Shown piece by piece: positions 11,442-22,140 of a DNA stretch of 64,000 nt. The stretch spans positions 12,468 through 76,467 of the forward strand of contig CAZBKB010000005.1 in NCBI GenBank assembly GCA_964492425.1, in the 5' to 3' direction. Position 1 is the stretch's first letter. Each line of letters opens with the position of its first letter. The notes under the pieces are model-generated. The model was not told where the DNA came from. It saw only the letters and a program-made list of their open reading frames with translations, and made no database searches. Source of the stretch: an uncultured Gammaproteobacteria bacterium (GTDB lineage: Bacteria; Patescibacteriota; Microgenomatia; Curtissbacterales; GWA2-41-24). The position numbers and the translations under genes are program-made.

Positions 11442-12562
11442 AAATAGGAATAGACATATCTCAAATTGTATACAAGACTGGAGTCTCAACGTATACAGAA
11501 AATTTAGTAAAAGCCCTCCTGAAAATAGATAAAAAAAACCAATATCTACTTTTTGGGACATCACTAAGGCAATACACTAATCTTAATAAATTTAAAAAAG
11601 AATTAAATGACACGAGCAAAGTGGATTTTAAAATATTCATGGCGCCAATCAGCTCTTTTGAGGTTTTATTTAATAAAATTCATATCTTTAGCATAAACAA
11701 ATTAATTGGCGATGTGGATGTTCTGCATACATCGGACTGGATAGAACCAAAAGTTATTTCAACGAAGACTAAAAAGATTACAACAATCCACGATATGGTT
11801 CCATTCCTTTTCCCCTCAACGATTCCGAAAAGAATTCTTAATAATCAACTGTGCAGAATGGAAATAGTAAAAAAAGAATCAAACATTATACTCACCCCAT
11901 CCAAAGCAAGCAAAGAAGACATTGTAAAATTTTTAGATTTTCCAGCGGAAAAAATTAAAGTTACACCAGAAGCTCCCGCAAGGGATTTTAAACCGCAACC
12001 AGAGGAAACAATTAATGAAGTATTAGCAAAATATAAAATAAAAAGACCATATATTTTATCTGTCAGCACCCAAGAACCACGTAAAAACATTCACAAATTA
12101 ATAGATGCTTTCGAAAATTTAGTAAAAGATAGAACGGATATCACACTAGTTTTAACTGGTAAAAAAGGTTGGGGTCAAGCGCTCGATGTTGTACCAAGCA
12201 CCATACAGACTGGCTTTGTCACGGAAAAAGAATTAATTGCACTTTATGCAGGGTGTAGAGTATTTGTTTATCCATCACTTTACGAGGGTTTCGGGCTACC
12301 TGTTCTTGAGGCGATGGCTTGTGGAGCACCGGTTGTCACATCAAATAATTCTGCAATGGCAGAAATCGCCGAGAATTCTGCCATTCTTGTCAACCCTAGA
12401 AGTGATGGCCAAATAAGAAAAGCGATAGAGTTGGTACTTGATCTTGATCCTGAAAATTACCAAAAGATGGTACGCGCAAGCCTGGACAAAGCGCGTCAAT
12501 ATACATGGGCAAAAACCGCGAAAGAAACCTTAAATATTTATGAAGAACTTGCAAGGAGTTAA
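11438..12562 (+). CDS. GT4 glycosyltransferase (mannosyltransferase-like)
   Basis: KIGID, TIHD, EPRKN, YEGFGLPVLEAMACG; GTGA overlap with upstream stop. Confidence 0.9.
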   Translation: MKIGIDISQIVYKTGVSTYTENLVKALLKIDKKNQYLLFGTSLRQYTNLNKFKKELNDTSKVDFKIFMAPISSFEVLFNKIHIFSINKLIGDVDVLHTSDWIEPKVISTKTKKITTIHDMVPFLFPSTIPKRILNNQLCRMEIVKKESNIILTPSKASKEDIVKFLDFPAEKIKVTPEAPARDFKPQPEETINEVLAKYKIKRPYILSVSTQEPRKNIHKLIDAFENLVKDRTDITLVLTGKKGWGQALDVVPSTIQTGFVTEKELIALYAGCRVFVYPSLYEGFGLPVLEAMACGAPVVTSNNSAMAEIAENSAILVNPRSDGQIRKAIELVLDLDPENYQKMVRASLDKARQYTWAKTAKETLNIYEELARS

Positions 12563-12564
12563 GC

Positions 12565-13659
12565 TTGATAATTGGTCTTGACGGAAACGAAGCAAATGTT
12601 AATAGTAGGGTAGGCTCCGGTGTATATGCCTATGAGCTTCTAAAAGAATTTGCAAAAAGCAAAAATCACAACTTTATTGTTTATTTAAAAGAAAAACCCT
12701 TGAACGATTTGCCCAAACAAACGGCAAATTTTAAATACCGGGTTTTCGGCCCGAAAAAACTTTGGACACAGCTGGCTCTGCCTGTCAATCTCTTAATTGG
12801 TAAAAAACCAGATGTTTTCTTTTCGATGGGGCATTACGGTCCCAGATTTTCGAAAGTTCCTTACACAATAACAATTTTTGATCTTTCCTACCTCCACTTC
12901 CCGGAGCTTTTCAAAAAGAGCGATTTGTATCAACTGACCAATTGGTCGGCATATTCTATAAGAGGAGCAAAACACATTTTTGCAATATCAAGATCTACTA
13001 AGGATGACATTGTAAAAAATTACAAAGTGGATCCGTCAAAAGTCACGGTTACATACATGGGTTACGATAATTCGCGGTTTAAGCCTCAAGCAAAGCAGAA
13101 AATCGATGTAGTTAAGAAAAAATATAAACTTCCCGAAGAATACATTATATTTATTGGTACGATTCAACCTCGAAAAAATATTGAATTTTTACTGGAAGCT
13201 TTTTCTAAGTTAGGAAACCAAAAATTAAAACTTGTAATCGTAGGTAGAAAAGGCTGGTTATTCGAGCAGATCTTCCAAAAAGTTAAAGAACTTCAATTGG
13301 CTTCAGAGGTGATCTTTACAGGGTATGTTTCAAATGCAGATTTGCCTGCATTATTATCCGGCGCAAAACTTTATGTTTCCCCTTCCCTCTGGGAAGGTTT
13401 TGGAATTCCTACAATTGAAGCCCAAGCGTGTGGAGTACCTACTGTCGTTTCAAGCGTTTCATCACTTCCAGAGGTAGTAGGGGAAAGTTCAATACTTATA
13501 AATCCAAAAAGCGTTGAATCAATTTCACAGGGAATGATTAAAGTTATTCGCGATAACAGCTTGGAAACAAGGTTAATACAAGATGGCTTTCAAAACGCAC
13601 GACGTTTTTCCTGGGAAAAGTGTGCACAGCAAACACTTTCAGTCTTAGAAAAACTATAA
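12565..13659 (+). CDS. GT4 glycosyltransferase (mannosyltransferase-like)
   Basis: QPRKN, WEGFGIPTIEAQACG. Confidence 0.9.
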   Translation: MIIGLDGNEANVNSRVGSGVYAYELLKEFAKSKNHNFIVYLKEKPLNDLPKQTANFKYRVFGPKKLWTQLALPVNLLIGKKPDVFFSMGHYGPRFSKVPYTITIFDLSYLHFPELFKKSDLYQLTNWSAYSIRGAKHIFAISRSTKDDIVKNYKVDPSKVTVTYMGYDNSRFKPQAKQKIDVVKKKYKLPEEYIIFIGTIQPRKNIEFLLEAFSKLGNQKLKLVIVGRKGWLFEQIFQKVKELQLASEVIFTGYVSNADLPALLSGAKLYVSPSLWEGFGIPTIEAQACGVPTVVSSVSSLPEVVGESSILINPKSVESISQGMIKVIRDNSLETRLIQDGFQNARRFSWEKCAQQTLSVLEKL

Positions 13660-13711
13660 TAAATACAAATATTATTTAAATTTTAATCTAGTGAATTAAA
13701 TTACGAAAAAG

Positions 13712-15250
13712 TCAGAAAGACTTTACACCAGATGTGTCAACAATAACAATTTCCAAATCCTTAAATATTTGTTTCCAAACAACATTATTATTAGTTTGCA
13801 AACTTTCCCCAACTTGTTGAAATATCACAGCCTTACCAGGATCAGTTTGCTGTATTTGAGTAGGATAAAGACTATAAGAAGCGTAAATCCAGTCAGTAAA
13901 AATGTACCAATAACTTTTAACAGCTGGATACTTTTGCAGGGTATAAAGTTCGGTCCAGCCACCACCCTGTATTTCGCCTATCTGAGACGCTTCAATGGCA
14001 AACTTATCTTCCTTTAATACAGAAATACTTTGTCTAACTAATGCAATCTTTTTAGATAATGGATATTTAATTGAGGAATTTTGTAAAGTGTAATAATTTG
14101 CAAAGAAATAAATTAGTAAAAATAAAGGTAGTGAAATTTTTAATTTTTTTTCAAGAGCAACAAGTGTTGGAGAAATTGTCAATAGAAAAACAGGCATGAT
14201 TACAAGAAAATATAGTTGACTGAAGTTAGACCGGAAGAGTCTGTTAAATAATAACATCCCAAAAATAAAACTAACGATAACTAGCCATGGTATCAACTTT
14301 GATTTGTCTGGCTTTCGCCATAAAATGAAAAGACTCAAGCCCAACAAGGTTACCACTAGAATTTGGCTAAATGGTGAAAACATTGGAGTAGGGTAAATGC
14401 AATCCCCATGGCACCATTGAGAATCTATAAAATGGCTTGGTTTTGTAAACAATATTCGGGTAAGTACATTTATGGCATCACTCATACCAAAAACGCTATA
14501 TAATCTCCCCGGGGACAAACCTTGTCCTTCAAATGGTTTGTTGATTGTATGTAAAAACGGACCCGACACCGCACCGTTATATCTTATTTCCGCAACACCA
14601 AACGGAAGTGCGAAAATGATTAACAAGCACACGAAAATAAACGAATACCAATGTTTAATCGGAAATTTAAAAATCACCCAGCAAACAATAATACTCAGCA
14701 CCAAAACCAATAGATATAAATCCGAATGAAAAGCAAAACCGATTGGTAATGCGAGAACTGGAATAAATTTCAAATCTCCTTTTAAAACCTTAGCTAAAGA
14801 TAGTACGGTAAGAATTGCTAAAAAGGGACCAGGTGTAAGTGGCCATAACCTCCTATCAAGAAGAGAAATTAGAAAAGAACAGGCATACAAAAAACTGGCT
14901 ACAAGGCCAACATTACTGTCATATATAAACTTTCCACATCGAAAGATCATATAAGTAGTAGCGACACCTATAATTGATGCAACACCCTGAACTAAAACTA
15001 GGTTGAAATTTGTTAGGTAATAAAAAATGGAAATTGCATAAAAATAATAAGGACCCATACCGAACCCCAATGTGGAATTTGGGATCAGCAAGCTTGGGGA
15101 TTTATCCCAAATTATATGTCTGATTGTGGCAGTTATTATTTCATCATCACCTGTCCAAAGCTGCAGATTTGCATAATTATAGAATCTAAAAAAAATTGCA
15201 ATTACAATTATTGCACCAAGGAGATAAGCAGATCTGCTGTGTTTTTTCAT
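13712..15250 (-). CDS. ArnT/PMT-like membrane glycosyltransferase, opposite strand to the cluster
   Basis: FRF...GDDE, GPYYFY, many TM segments; layout resembles 3024-4562. Confidence 0.7.
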   Translation of the reverse strand: MKKHSRSAYLLGAIIVIAIFFRFYNYANLQLWTGDDEIITATIRHIIWDKSPSLLIPNSTLGFGMGPYYFYAISIFYYLTNFNLVLVQGVASIIGVATTYMIFRCGKFIYDSNVGLVASFLYACSFLISLLDRRLWPLTPGPFLAILTVLSLAKVLKGDLKFIPVLALPIGFAFHSDLYLLVLVLSIIVCWVIFKFPIKHWYSFIFVCLLIIFALPFGVAEIRYNGAVSGPFLHTINKPFEGQGLSPGRLYSVFGMSDAINVLTRILFTKPSHFIDSQWCHGDCIYPTPMFSPFSQILVVTLLGLSLFILWRKPDKSKLIPWLVIVSFIFGMLLFNRLFRSNFSQLYFLVIMPVFLLTISPTLVALEKKLKISLPLFLLIYFFANYYTLQNSSIKYPLSKKIALVRQSISVLKEDKFAIEASQIGEIQGGGWTELYTLQKYPAVKSYWYIFTDWIYASYSLYPTQIQQTDPGKAVIFQQVGESLQTNNNVVWKQIFKDLEIVIVDTSGVKSF

Positions 15251-15602
15251 AATATTTTTATCATAAAGTATTACTTTAAGTTATAATTATTCCACCAGAA
15301 ACCTATAGAAATGGCAACCCACTGAAATTGTATAACCCTTAAAAAAGTGTATTTTGATCAAATATACGACCCATAGTATAATAGTCAGCACATGGGACGT
15401 TTGGGTGTTGTTCTAACAGTTGGCTCTCTAATCAAAATATCGCTGATAATGTGAACGAGTTTATTTTCAAACTAGATCGAAAATAGAGACGCATTTTGAA
15501 ATCAAAATACGTCAAGAATTCCCATGCTGATAAATAATTAGAAGTCATCAAAAGCTTGTTTTATGGAATAAGCGAACACAATTCTGATATCATAATTAAT
15601 AT

Positions 15603-16199
15603 ATGAGAGACCGGATGGGGAATGAATTAACAAAATCTCAAGTTATTAAAAAGATCAATAATCGAATTTACTGGATATTATTAGATTTTTGGCTATATGT
15701 CCTGAATAGGCTGGCATACGATATGCCTTTACACTTTGTGCGCAGGTTCTTTTTTACCATTTCGGGAATGAAAATAGGCAAAGATTCATTTATTCATATG
15801 TGGACGAGGGTCTATAAACCGTCCGGGATAGAAATAGGCAACGAAACAATTATTGGTGACCATTGTTTCCTGGACGGTAGGGCAACACTTAAAATCGGCA
15901 ATAACGTAGATATTGCGACGGGAGTTTTAATATACAACAGTGAGCACGACGTTCACTCAGATGGATTTGATCCAATAGAAGAACCGGTTGAAATTGGCGA
16001 TTATGTATTTATCGGCCCGCGGGCAATAATTCTTCCCGGCGTTAAAATCGGTAAAGGTGCTGTTATCGCAGCAGGCGCAGTTGTCACATCAGATGTTGGC
16101 GATTTCCAAATAGTAGGCGGCGTTCCGGCAAAAATCATAGGGGAGCGCAAAAACAAAAGTCCGAACTATAAACTCGGCCGCGCCAGGTTGTTTCAATAA
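15603..16199 (+). CDS. Hexapeptide-repeat acyltransferase
   Basis: IGDYVFIGPRAIILPGVKIGKGAVIAAGAVV...GGVPA. Confidence 0.88.
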   Translation: MRDRMGNELTKSQVIKKINNRIYWILLDFWLYVLNRLAYDMPLHFVRRFFFTISGMKIGKDSFIHMWTRVYKPSGIEIGNETIIGDHCFLDGRATLKIGNNVDIATGVLIYNSEHDVHSDGFDPIEEPVEIGDYVFIGPRAIILPGVKIGKGAVIAAGAVVTSDVGDFQIVGGVPAKIIGERKNKSPNYKLGRARLFQ

Positions 16200-16201
16200 G
16201 G

Positions 16202-17092
16202 ATGGATTTATCCGTTATCATTGTCAATTGGAATACCAAAAATTTACTTGAAGATTGTTTGTCATCGATTTTCAAATTAACAAAAGGTGTAAAGTTCGAA
16301 ATTATCGTCGTTGACAATGCTTCAAAGGATGGCAGTCCTCAAATGGTTAAGGCGAGGTTTTCTAAAGTTATTTTAATCAAAAACAACAACAACCGAGGTT
16401 TTACTAAAGCAAATAACCAAGGGATCAAAGTGACAAAAGGGGAGTACATTCTCCTATTAAATTCAGACGCATACCTTATTGAAAATTCCCTAAAAAAGCT
16501 GCTAGAGGCAGTAAAATCTAAAAATAACAAAGCAGTTTTGGCTCCCCTGCTCCTAAACGAAAACAGGACAATTCAGCAATCGGTAGGCTTTTTCCCGCAC
16601 TTGCCCCAGGTGTTTTTGTGGATGAGTTTTTTAGACGATTTGCCTCTAGGACAATTCCTAAATCCCTATCATGTGGACCATGATTCGTTCTACAAGAAGG
16701 AACACGTTGTTGATTGGGCAACAGGGGCGGCACTTTTTTTCCCAAAATCAATGATTCCCAAAACTGGCCTGCTTGATGAGAAAATATTTATGTATGGTGA
16801 AGATGTTGAATGGTGCTATCGAATTAAAAAAGCCGGTTACAATATGTATTTCACACCCGAAACCAAAATCGTCCACAGCGGTCGAGGTTCGTCGGGTAAA
16901 ATACTAAAAGGTGCATTAGTGGGTGAATTTATTGGCCTCAGGTATTTTTATAAAAAACACAAAGGTTATGTGGCTTTGCAAATTCTAAGAGTCTTCCTTA
17001 AAATAGGAGCATTGGCAAGAATTATTATCTTTTCCGCATTAGGAAGATTTAGACTTGCCAAGTTCTATGTTGAAGCTTTTAAAGTGGCTTGA
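16202..17092 (+). CDS. GT2 glycosyltransferase (WbbL-like)
   Basis: SVIIVNWN, VDNAS, LLNSD, YGEDVEWCYR. Confidence 0.9.
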   Translation: MDLSVIIVNWNTKNLLEDCLSSIFKLTKGVKFEIIVVDNASKDGSPQMVKARFSKVILIKNNNNRGFTKANNQGIKVTKGEYILLLNSDAYLIENSLKKLLEAVKSKNNKAVLAPLLLNENRTIQQSVGFFPHLPQVFLWMSFLDDLPLGQFLNPYHVDHDSFYKKEHVVDWATGAALFFPKSMIPKTGLLDEKIFMYGEDVEWCYRIKKAGYNMYFTPETKIVHSGRGSSGKILKGALVGEFIGLRYFYKKHKGYVALQILRVFLKIGALARIIIFSALGRFRLAKFYVEAFKVA

Positions 17093-18620
17093 CGATCATA
17101 TCTTAGAGTTTCTGTCATTTGCCCTCATAATACTTATTCCGCTTTATCCAAAAATTCCTCTTGCGGATATTCTACCCGGCTATATTGTCAGAATTCGTTT
17201 TGATGATCTCCTGGTTGGTTTTGCATTTCTTGTTTGGACTATCCAGGTGATGAGAAAGAAAGCTACAGTCAAAGGCAATCCGCTCATATTACCAATCTTA
17301 GCCTATATCCTCATAGGTTTTGCTTCATCTCTTTCCGCAATATTTATAACAAAAACGGTTCCACAAGAAACTCTGCATGTAAGTAAATTGTTTTTACATT
17401 GGGCCAGGAGAGTAGAGTACTTTTCGGTATTCTTTATATTTTTCTCATCAATTAAATCCCCGCGGCAGATTAGAGAGTACGTTTATCTCTCTGCAATAGC
17501 TCTTCTTGCGGTTTCCATCTATGGATTTGGACAAAAGTATTTGTATTGGCCGGCTTTTTCCACAATGAATCGTGAGTTTTCAAAAGGGATAAAGCTTTAT
17601 CTGACAGAAAATGCGAGGGTACTTTCCACATTCGGCGGCCATTACGATCTAGCTGCATACTTAATGATTTTGCTTACGCTATTTGTGCCTCTCGCAATGA
17701 TTGTTAAAAAATGGTTTCACAAACTCCTTTTTTTTGCAGCATCAATTACTGGTTTTTGGCTTATGATTCTTACAGTCTCGAGGACATCTTTTATCGCATA
17801 TCTTGTTTCGATAACTGTTGCATATGGTCTGTTGATTTCTAAAAAAGGTTGGGTTTGGGCACTACCAAGGTGGTTTGTTGTAATTTTCCTATCCCTTGCT
17901 GTTATGTTATTTTTTGGTGACTTATCAGACCGTTTTGCTCACGTTCTAAAAGTAGATGGTATTAAAAATTTAGCGCTCAAGCCATGGACGGAGAAACCAA
18001 CTGATAATAATGCTTTTTTAGAAATTGGTTCAAAATCAGACACACCACCCTCAACATCAAAACCAGGAGATGATAGCATCCAATCTAAAAAACCTTCTGA
18101 TGTATATGTTGATGTACCGGAATTTGGAATAGATGGTGTGCCTTCTTCTCTTTCAGCACGTCCTCGGGTTTATTCACAAAACGCAATTCAGTATGACCTC
18201 TCAACAGGTATACGCCTCGATTACACCTGGCCAAAAGCAATCGAAGGACTTGCCAGAAATCCACTGTTAGGTTCAGGCTACTCAACTTTGACCAAAAAGA
18301 ATATAGAAGATTTTACAGAAGCCGAATCGACAGATAACGATTTTCTGCGTGCACTTGGCGAAACAGGGCTTCTTGGCTTTTTAACATTTTATGGAATCAT
18401 CGCTGTTGTCTTTTACCAGGTAGTAATTTCTTATAAAAAAATAAAAGATATTTTCAACGCTACAATCATCGCTTCAATATTTGCTGCAATCGTTGGTCTT
18501 TTAGTTAATGCGTTTTACATAGATGTCTTTGTTGCATCAAAAGTTGCCTACACATTTTGGATAATGGTTGCCATTCTTCTTGCCACTATCAAATTCTCAC
18601 AAAGCAAAACGCAGAAGTGA
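17067..18620 (+). CDS. O-antigen ligase/polymerase-like (Wzy_C) membrane protein
   Basis: R..STFG, SRTS, R...W..A.....NPLLGSG, NDFL...GETGLLG. Confidence 0.75.
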   Translation: MLKLLKWLDDHILEFLSFALIILIPLYPKIPLADILPGYIVRIRFDDLLVGFAFLVWTIQVMRKKATVKGNPLILPILAYILIGFASSLSAIFITKTVPQETLHVSKLFLHWARRVEYFSVFFIFFSSIKSPRQIREYVYLSAIALLAVSIYGFGQKYLYWPAFSTMNREFSKGIKLYLTENARVLSTFGGHYDLAAYLMILLTLFVPLAMIVKKWFHKLLFFAASITGFWLMILTVSRTSFIAYLVSITVAYGLLISKKGWVWALPRWFVVIFLSLAVMLFFGDLSDRFAHVLKVDGIKNLALKPWTEKPTDNNAFLEIGSKSDTPPSTSKPGDDSIQSKKPSDVYVDVPEFGIDGVPSSLSARPRVYSQNAIQYDLSTGIRLDYTWPKAIEGLARNPLLGSGYSTLTKKNIEDFTEAESTDNDFLRALGETGLLGFLTFYGIIAVVFYQVVISYKKIKDIFNATIIASIFAAIVGLLVNAFYIDVFVASKVAYTFWIMVAILLATIKFSQSKTQK

Positions 18621-20050
18621 AAAAAATCGAAATTATTATAATTGGAGCAATAATTTTGCTTGCCTTTTTACTTCGCCTCTACAAAATAGACAGGCCTCTT
18701 GCAGATTGGCATTCATGGCGACAGGCAGATACGGCGGCTGTTTCACGAAATTTTGTAAAGGAAGAATTCAATTTGCTAATCCCCAAATTCGATGACATGT
18801 CCAAACAAGCAAACGGCCTTGATAACCCCAATCGCTATCGTTTTGTAGAATTCCCTATATACAACGCAATAATTGCCGTTATATGGAAGATCACAAGCGT
18901 GCAAACATTATATGCCAGGCTTACAACTGTATTGTTTACCCTTTTTTCAACATTATTCTTATATTTAATAGTCAGAAAATTCTCATCTATTCTTACAGCA
19001 GCCTTATCTGCCTTTTTCTTCGCATCAATTCCATACAACATATTCTATTCGTCATCTATACTGCCTGGGCCCTTTATGGTTTTTTCAATTCTCGGACTAT
19101 ACTTTTTCTTCATCAAGTTCTTAGAAAATGAATCCACAATATTTCTGATTCTATCGGTACTTTTTGCCAACTTGGCCCTCTTGTCTTGGCCAATAGCAAT
19201 CTTCTTCTTCCTTCCTGTAATTTATCTCGCTTTCGAAAAATTCAAACTAAACATATTTAAAAATTTCAAACTTTGGGTCTTTACGATATCTTCAATTCTA
19301 CCGTTTTTTGCCTGGAGAATATGGATTCTAAATTTCCCACAAGGTATCCCAAATTGGCGTTTTGTAATAAACGAAGACAACATTCGTTTCAAAGGTGCCT
19401 TTTTTCGATGGATATTTGCGGAAAGGTTGGGAAATTTAATACTGGCCTTCGGTGGTGTACCTCTCTTTATATTGGGCGTGGTTCTAAAGCAGGGTAAAGA
19501 AAAGCTTTTTTACTATTCCATACTCGCCTCGGGCATGCTTTACGTTATTGTTTTTGCCTCAGGGAACGTTAGACACGATTATTATCAAGTTCCGCTTGTT
19601 CCAGCGCTGTCAATCTTAATGGCCAAAGGAACAGAAATACTCGTTAGCAGGAGGTCGAGTATTTTCAACAAGTATACAAGCATCATTATCACCATTTTCT
19701 TAATTTTTCTAATGTACGCATTTGGTTACCTTCAAGTACGAGGTTATTACTGGATAAACAAACCTCAAATTTTAGAAGCCGGTGCGGCAGTAGATCGACT
19801 TTTGCCCAAAGATGCAACAGTTATTGCTCCTTACAATGGTGATGCAGCTTTTCTATACCAGACTAACAGACACGGTTATCCTATAACAGATAGGTCACTT
19901 GAGGATTTTGTTAATCAAGGCACCAAGTATTTAGTATCCGTAGAACCCGATGACGAGGGTATCAAAAACTTGGCCGAAAAATGTAAAATCATAGAATCAA
20001 ATGCCAGATATGTTATTGTCGAAATGTCCAAAGAATGCCTAAATTTCTAG
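18617..20050 (+). CDS. ArnT/PMT-like membrane glycosyltransferase
   Basis: WRQADT, EFPIY, HDYYQ motifs; GTG overlaps upstream TGA. Confidence 0.78.
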   Translation: MKKIEIIIIGAIILLAFLLRLYKIDRPLADWHSWRQADTAAVSRNFVKEEFNLLIPKFDDMSKQANGLDNPNRYRFVEFPIYNAIIAVIWKITSVQTLYARLTTVLFTLFSTLFLYLIVRKFSSILTAALSAFFFASIPYNIFYSSSILPGPFMVFSILGLYFFFIKFLENESTIFLILSVLFANLALLSWPIAIFFFLPVIYLAFEKFKLNIFKNFKLWVFTISSILPFFAWRIWILNFPQGIPNWRFVINEDNIRFKGAFFRWIFAERLGNLILAFGGVPLFILGVVLKQGKEKLFYYSILASGMLYVIVFASGNVRHDYYQVPLVPALSILMAKGTEILVSRRSSIFNKYTSIIITIFLIFLMYAFGYLQVRGYYWINKPQILEAGAAVDRLLPKDATVIAPYNGDAAFLYQTNRHGYPITDRSLEDFVNQGTKYLVSVEPDDEGIKNLAEKCKIIESNARYVIVEMSKECLNF

Positions 20051-21244
20051 ATGAAAATTTTAATGCTAACCCCATACTTGCCCTATCCTTTGGTATCCGG
20101 CGGACAAATACGTACTTACAATCTTCTAAAAAACTTATCAAAAAAACATAAAATCACGCTAGTCTCTTTTATCCGTGAACCACGAGAAAAACAATACTTG
20201 CAATATTTACGGCCATTTTGTGAAGATATCTTAATTTACCAAAGAAGAAAAGCCTGGTCCCTAATAAATATAATGTTGGCGGCTATAACTCCATACCCGT
20301 TTCTAGTATCCATTTATATCAGCCTTTCCCTTCGTCGGGATATTAAAGAGTTAATTGTTAAAAAAAACTTTGATCTTATTCATGCAGAAACATTTTATGT
20401 TATGCCCAATATTCCACAAACAAACGTTCCTATTTATCTTGTCGAACAAGTTATCGAATATCTGGTCTATCAAAGATTTGTTGAGGGACTACCCTTATGG
20501 CTTATACTCTTAAAACCATTATTGCTATTCGACGTAATAAAGATAAAATTTTGGGAGAAATATTATTGGGGTAGAGCAAAAAGGCTTGCAGCGATGTCCC
20601 AGGATGATAAAGAATTTATAGAAAACACTAGCCCCAAGCTAAAAGTTGATGTTGTCGCCAATGGGGTAGATATCGACTATTTCACCAGTACCAAAAAAGT
20701 AAAGACTAAAAACCCGACAATCCTATTTATTGGTAATTTTAAATGGTTGCCAAATAGGGATGCTGCAAAATTTTTAGCTACTGAAATCTGGCCAAAAATT
20801 AAAAAAAATTTGCCATCTGCCAAACTTTGGATTGTTGGTAAAAATCCCTCAAAAGATCTTAAAGCCTACGAGTCTCCAAGTGTAAATGTTGATGAAACGG
20901 TAGAAGACATCAGAACCGCTTATGGCAGAAGCGATGTTCTTCTGGCACCAATTAGAAATGGCCGCGGAACAAAGTATAAAATTTTGGAAGCGATGGCGAC
21001 TCGCACCCCAATTGTAGGTACATCTTTGGCAACAGAAGGCATTAATATAAAAAATAAAATTCATGCCTTTGTAGCAGACAAATCCGAAGATCTAGCCGCA
21101 AGTACTGTACATATTCTAAAAAATAAAAAAGAAGGCGAAAAACTTGCCCAGAATGCATACAAACTTGTTGCCCAAGATTATAGTTGGGTCAAAATATCAG
21201 CAAATCTCGACAAAGTATATCGTGAAGTAGGGGGTAAAAAATGA
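20051..21244 (+). CDS. GT4 glycosyltransferase
   Basis: PYP..SGG..R, NGVD, KILEAMA. Confidence 0.88.
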   Translation: MKILMLTPYLPYPLVSGGQIRTYNLLKNLSKKHKITLVSFIREPREKQYLQYLRPFCEDILIYQRRKAWSLINIMLAAITPYPFLVSIYISLSLRRDIKELIVKKNFDLIHAETFYVMPNIPQTNVPIYLVEQVIEYLVYQRFVEGLPLWLILLKPLLLFDVIKIKFWEKYYWGRAKRLAAMSQDDKEFIENTSPKLKVDVVANGVDIDYFTSTKKVKTKNPTILFIGNFKWLPNRDAAKFLATEIWPKIKKNLPSAKLWIVGKNPSKDLKAYESPSVNVDETVEDIRTAYGRSDVLLAPIRNGRGTKYKILEAMATRTPIVGTSLATEGINIKNKIHAFVADKSEDLAASTVHILKNKKEGEKLAQNAYKLVAQDYSWVKISANLDKVYREVGGKK

Positions 21245-22140
21245 AATTATCGATTGTCATTGTCTCCTATAACGTTCAAGAGCTTTTAGATAAATGTTTA
21301 AAATCCATATATATCGCTTCTAAAAATATCGACCATGAAATTTACGTTGTAGATAACAATTCCCAAGATGGAACAAAAGAGCTGATTATAAATAAACATC
21401 CGCGAGTGCGGTTAATTGCAAATACTCACAATATTGGTTTTTCAAAAGCTAATAACCAGGCAATCAAGTTTGCAAAAGGGGAATATGTCCTTATCTTAAA
21501 TCCGGACACTGTGCTCATGCCCGACACTCTTGTCAAAATGCTCAAGTTTATGGATCAAAAGGATGCAAAAGTAGCCATAGCAACATGTAAGATAGAGCTA
21601 CCCAGTGGCTTGCTCGATCGTGATTGCAGACGCAGTTTCCCAACTCCCGCAAGAGCCCTTACACACTTCACAGGACTTTCTAAAATATTCAGGGGAACAA
21701 AAATATTTGATTCCTACTATATGGGTTATATCTCGATTAACCAAGAAACTGAGGTTGACGCTTGTGTTGGTGCTTTTATGTTTATTAGGCGCAAAATCTT
21801 AAAGGAAGTAGGCAACTTTGATGAAGACTATTTTTTCTATGGTGAAGATTTGGATCTTTGTTATCGTATACGTCAACATAATTACAAAATTTTCTATACT
21901 CCAATTACCAAAATTATTCACCACAAAGGTGCGTCATCCGGCATCAAAAAACACTCAGCCGAATTATCTAAAGCACCTGAAGAGTCTAAAAAGAGGGCAA
22001 TTGTTGAATCAACACATGCAATGGAACTTTTTTATAAAAAACATTACAAAGGTAAATACCCCCTCTTTATTACGTTTGCAGTGATAATAGCGATTGAGAT
22101 TGTTAAAAATATAAGGCTTTTCAGGCATAATTTTTTATGA
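21241..22140 (+). CDS. GT2 glycosyltransferase (WbbL-like)
   Basis: SIVIVSYN, VDNNS, LNPD, YGEDLDLCYR. Confidence 0.9.
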   Translation: MKLSIVIVSYNVQELLDKCLKSIYIASKNIDHEIYVVDNNSQDGTKELIINKHPRVRLIANTHNIGFSKANNQAIKFAKGEYVLILNPDTVLMPDTLVKMLKFMDQKDAKVAIATCKIELPSGLLDRDCRRSFPTPARALTHFTGLSKIFRGTKIFDSYYMGYISINQETEVDACVGAFMFIRRKILKEVGNFDEDYFFYGEDLDLCYRIRQHNYKIFYTPITKIIHHKGASSGIKKHSAELSKAPEESKKRAIVESTHAMELFYKKHYKGKYPLFITFAVIIAIEIVKNIRLFRHNFL

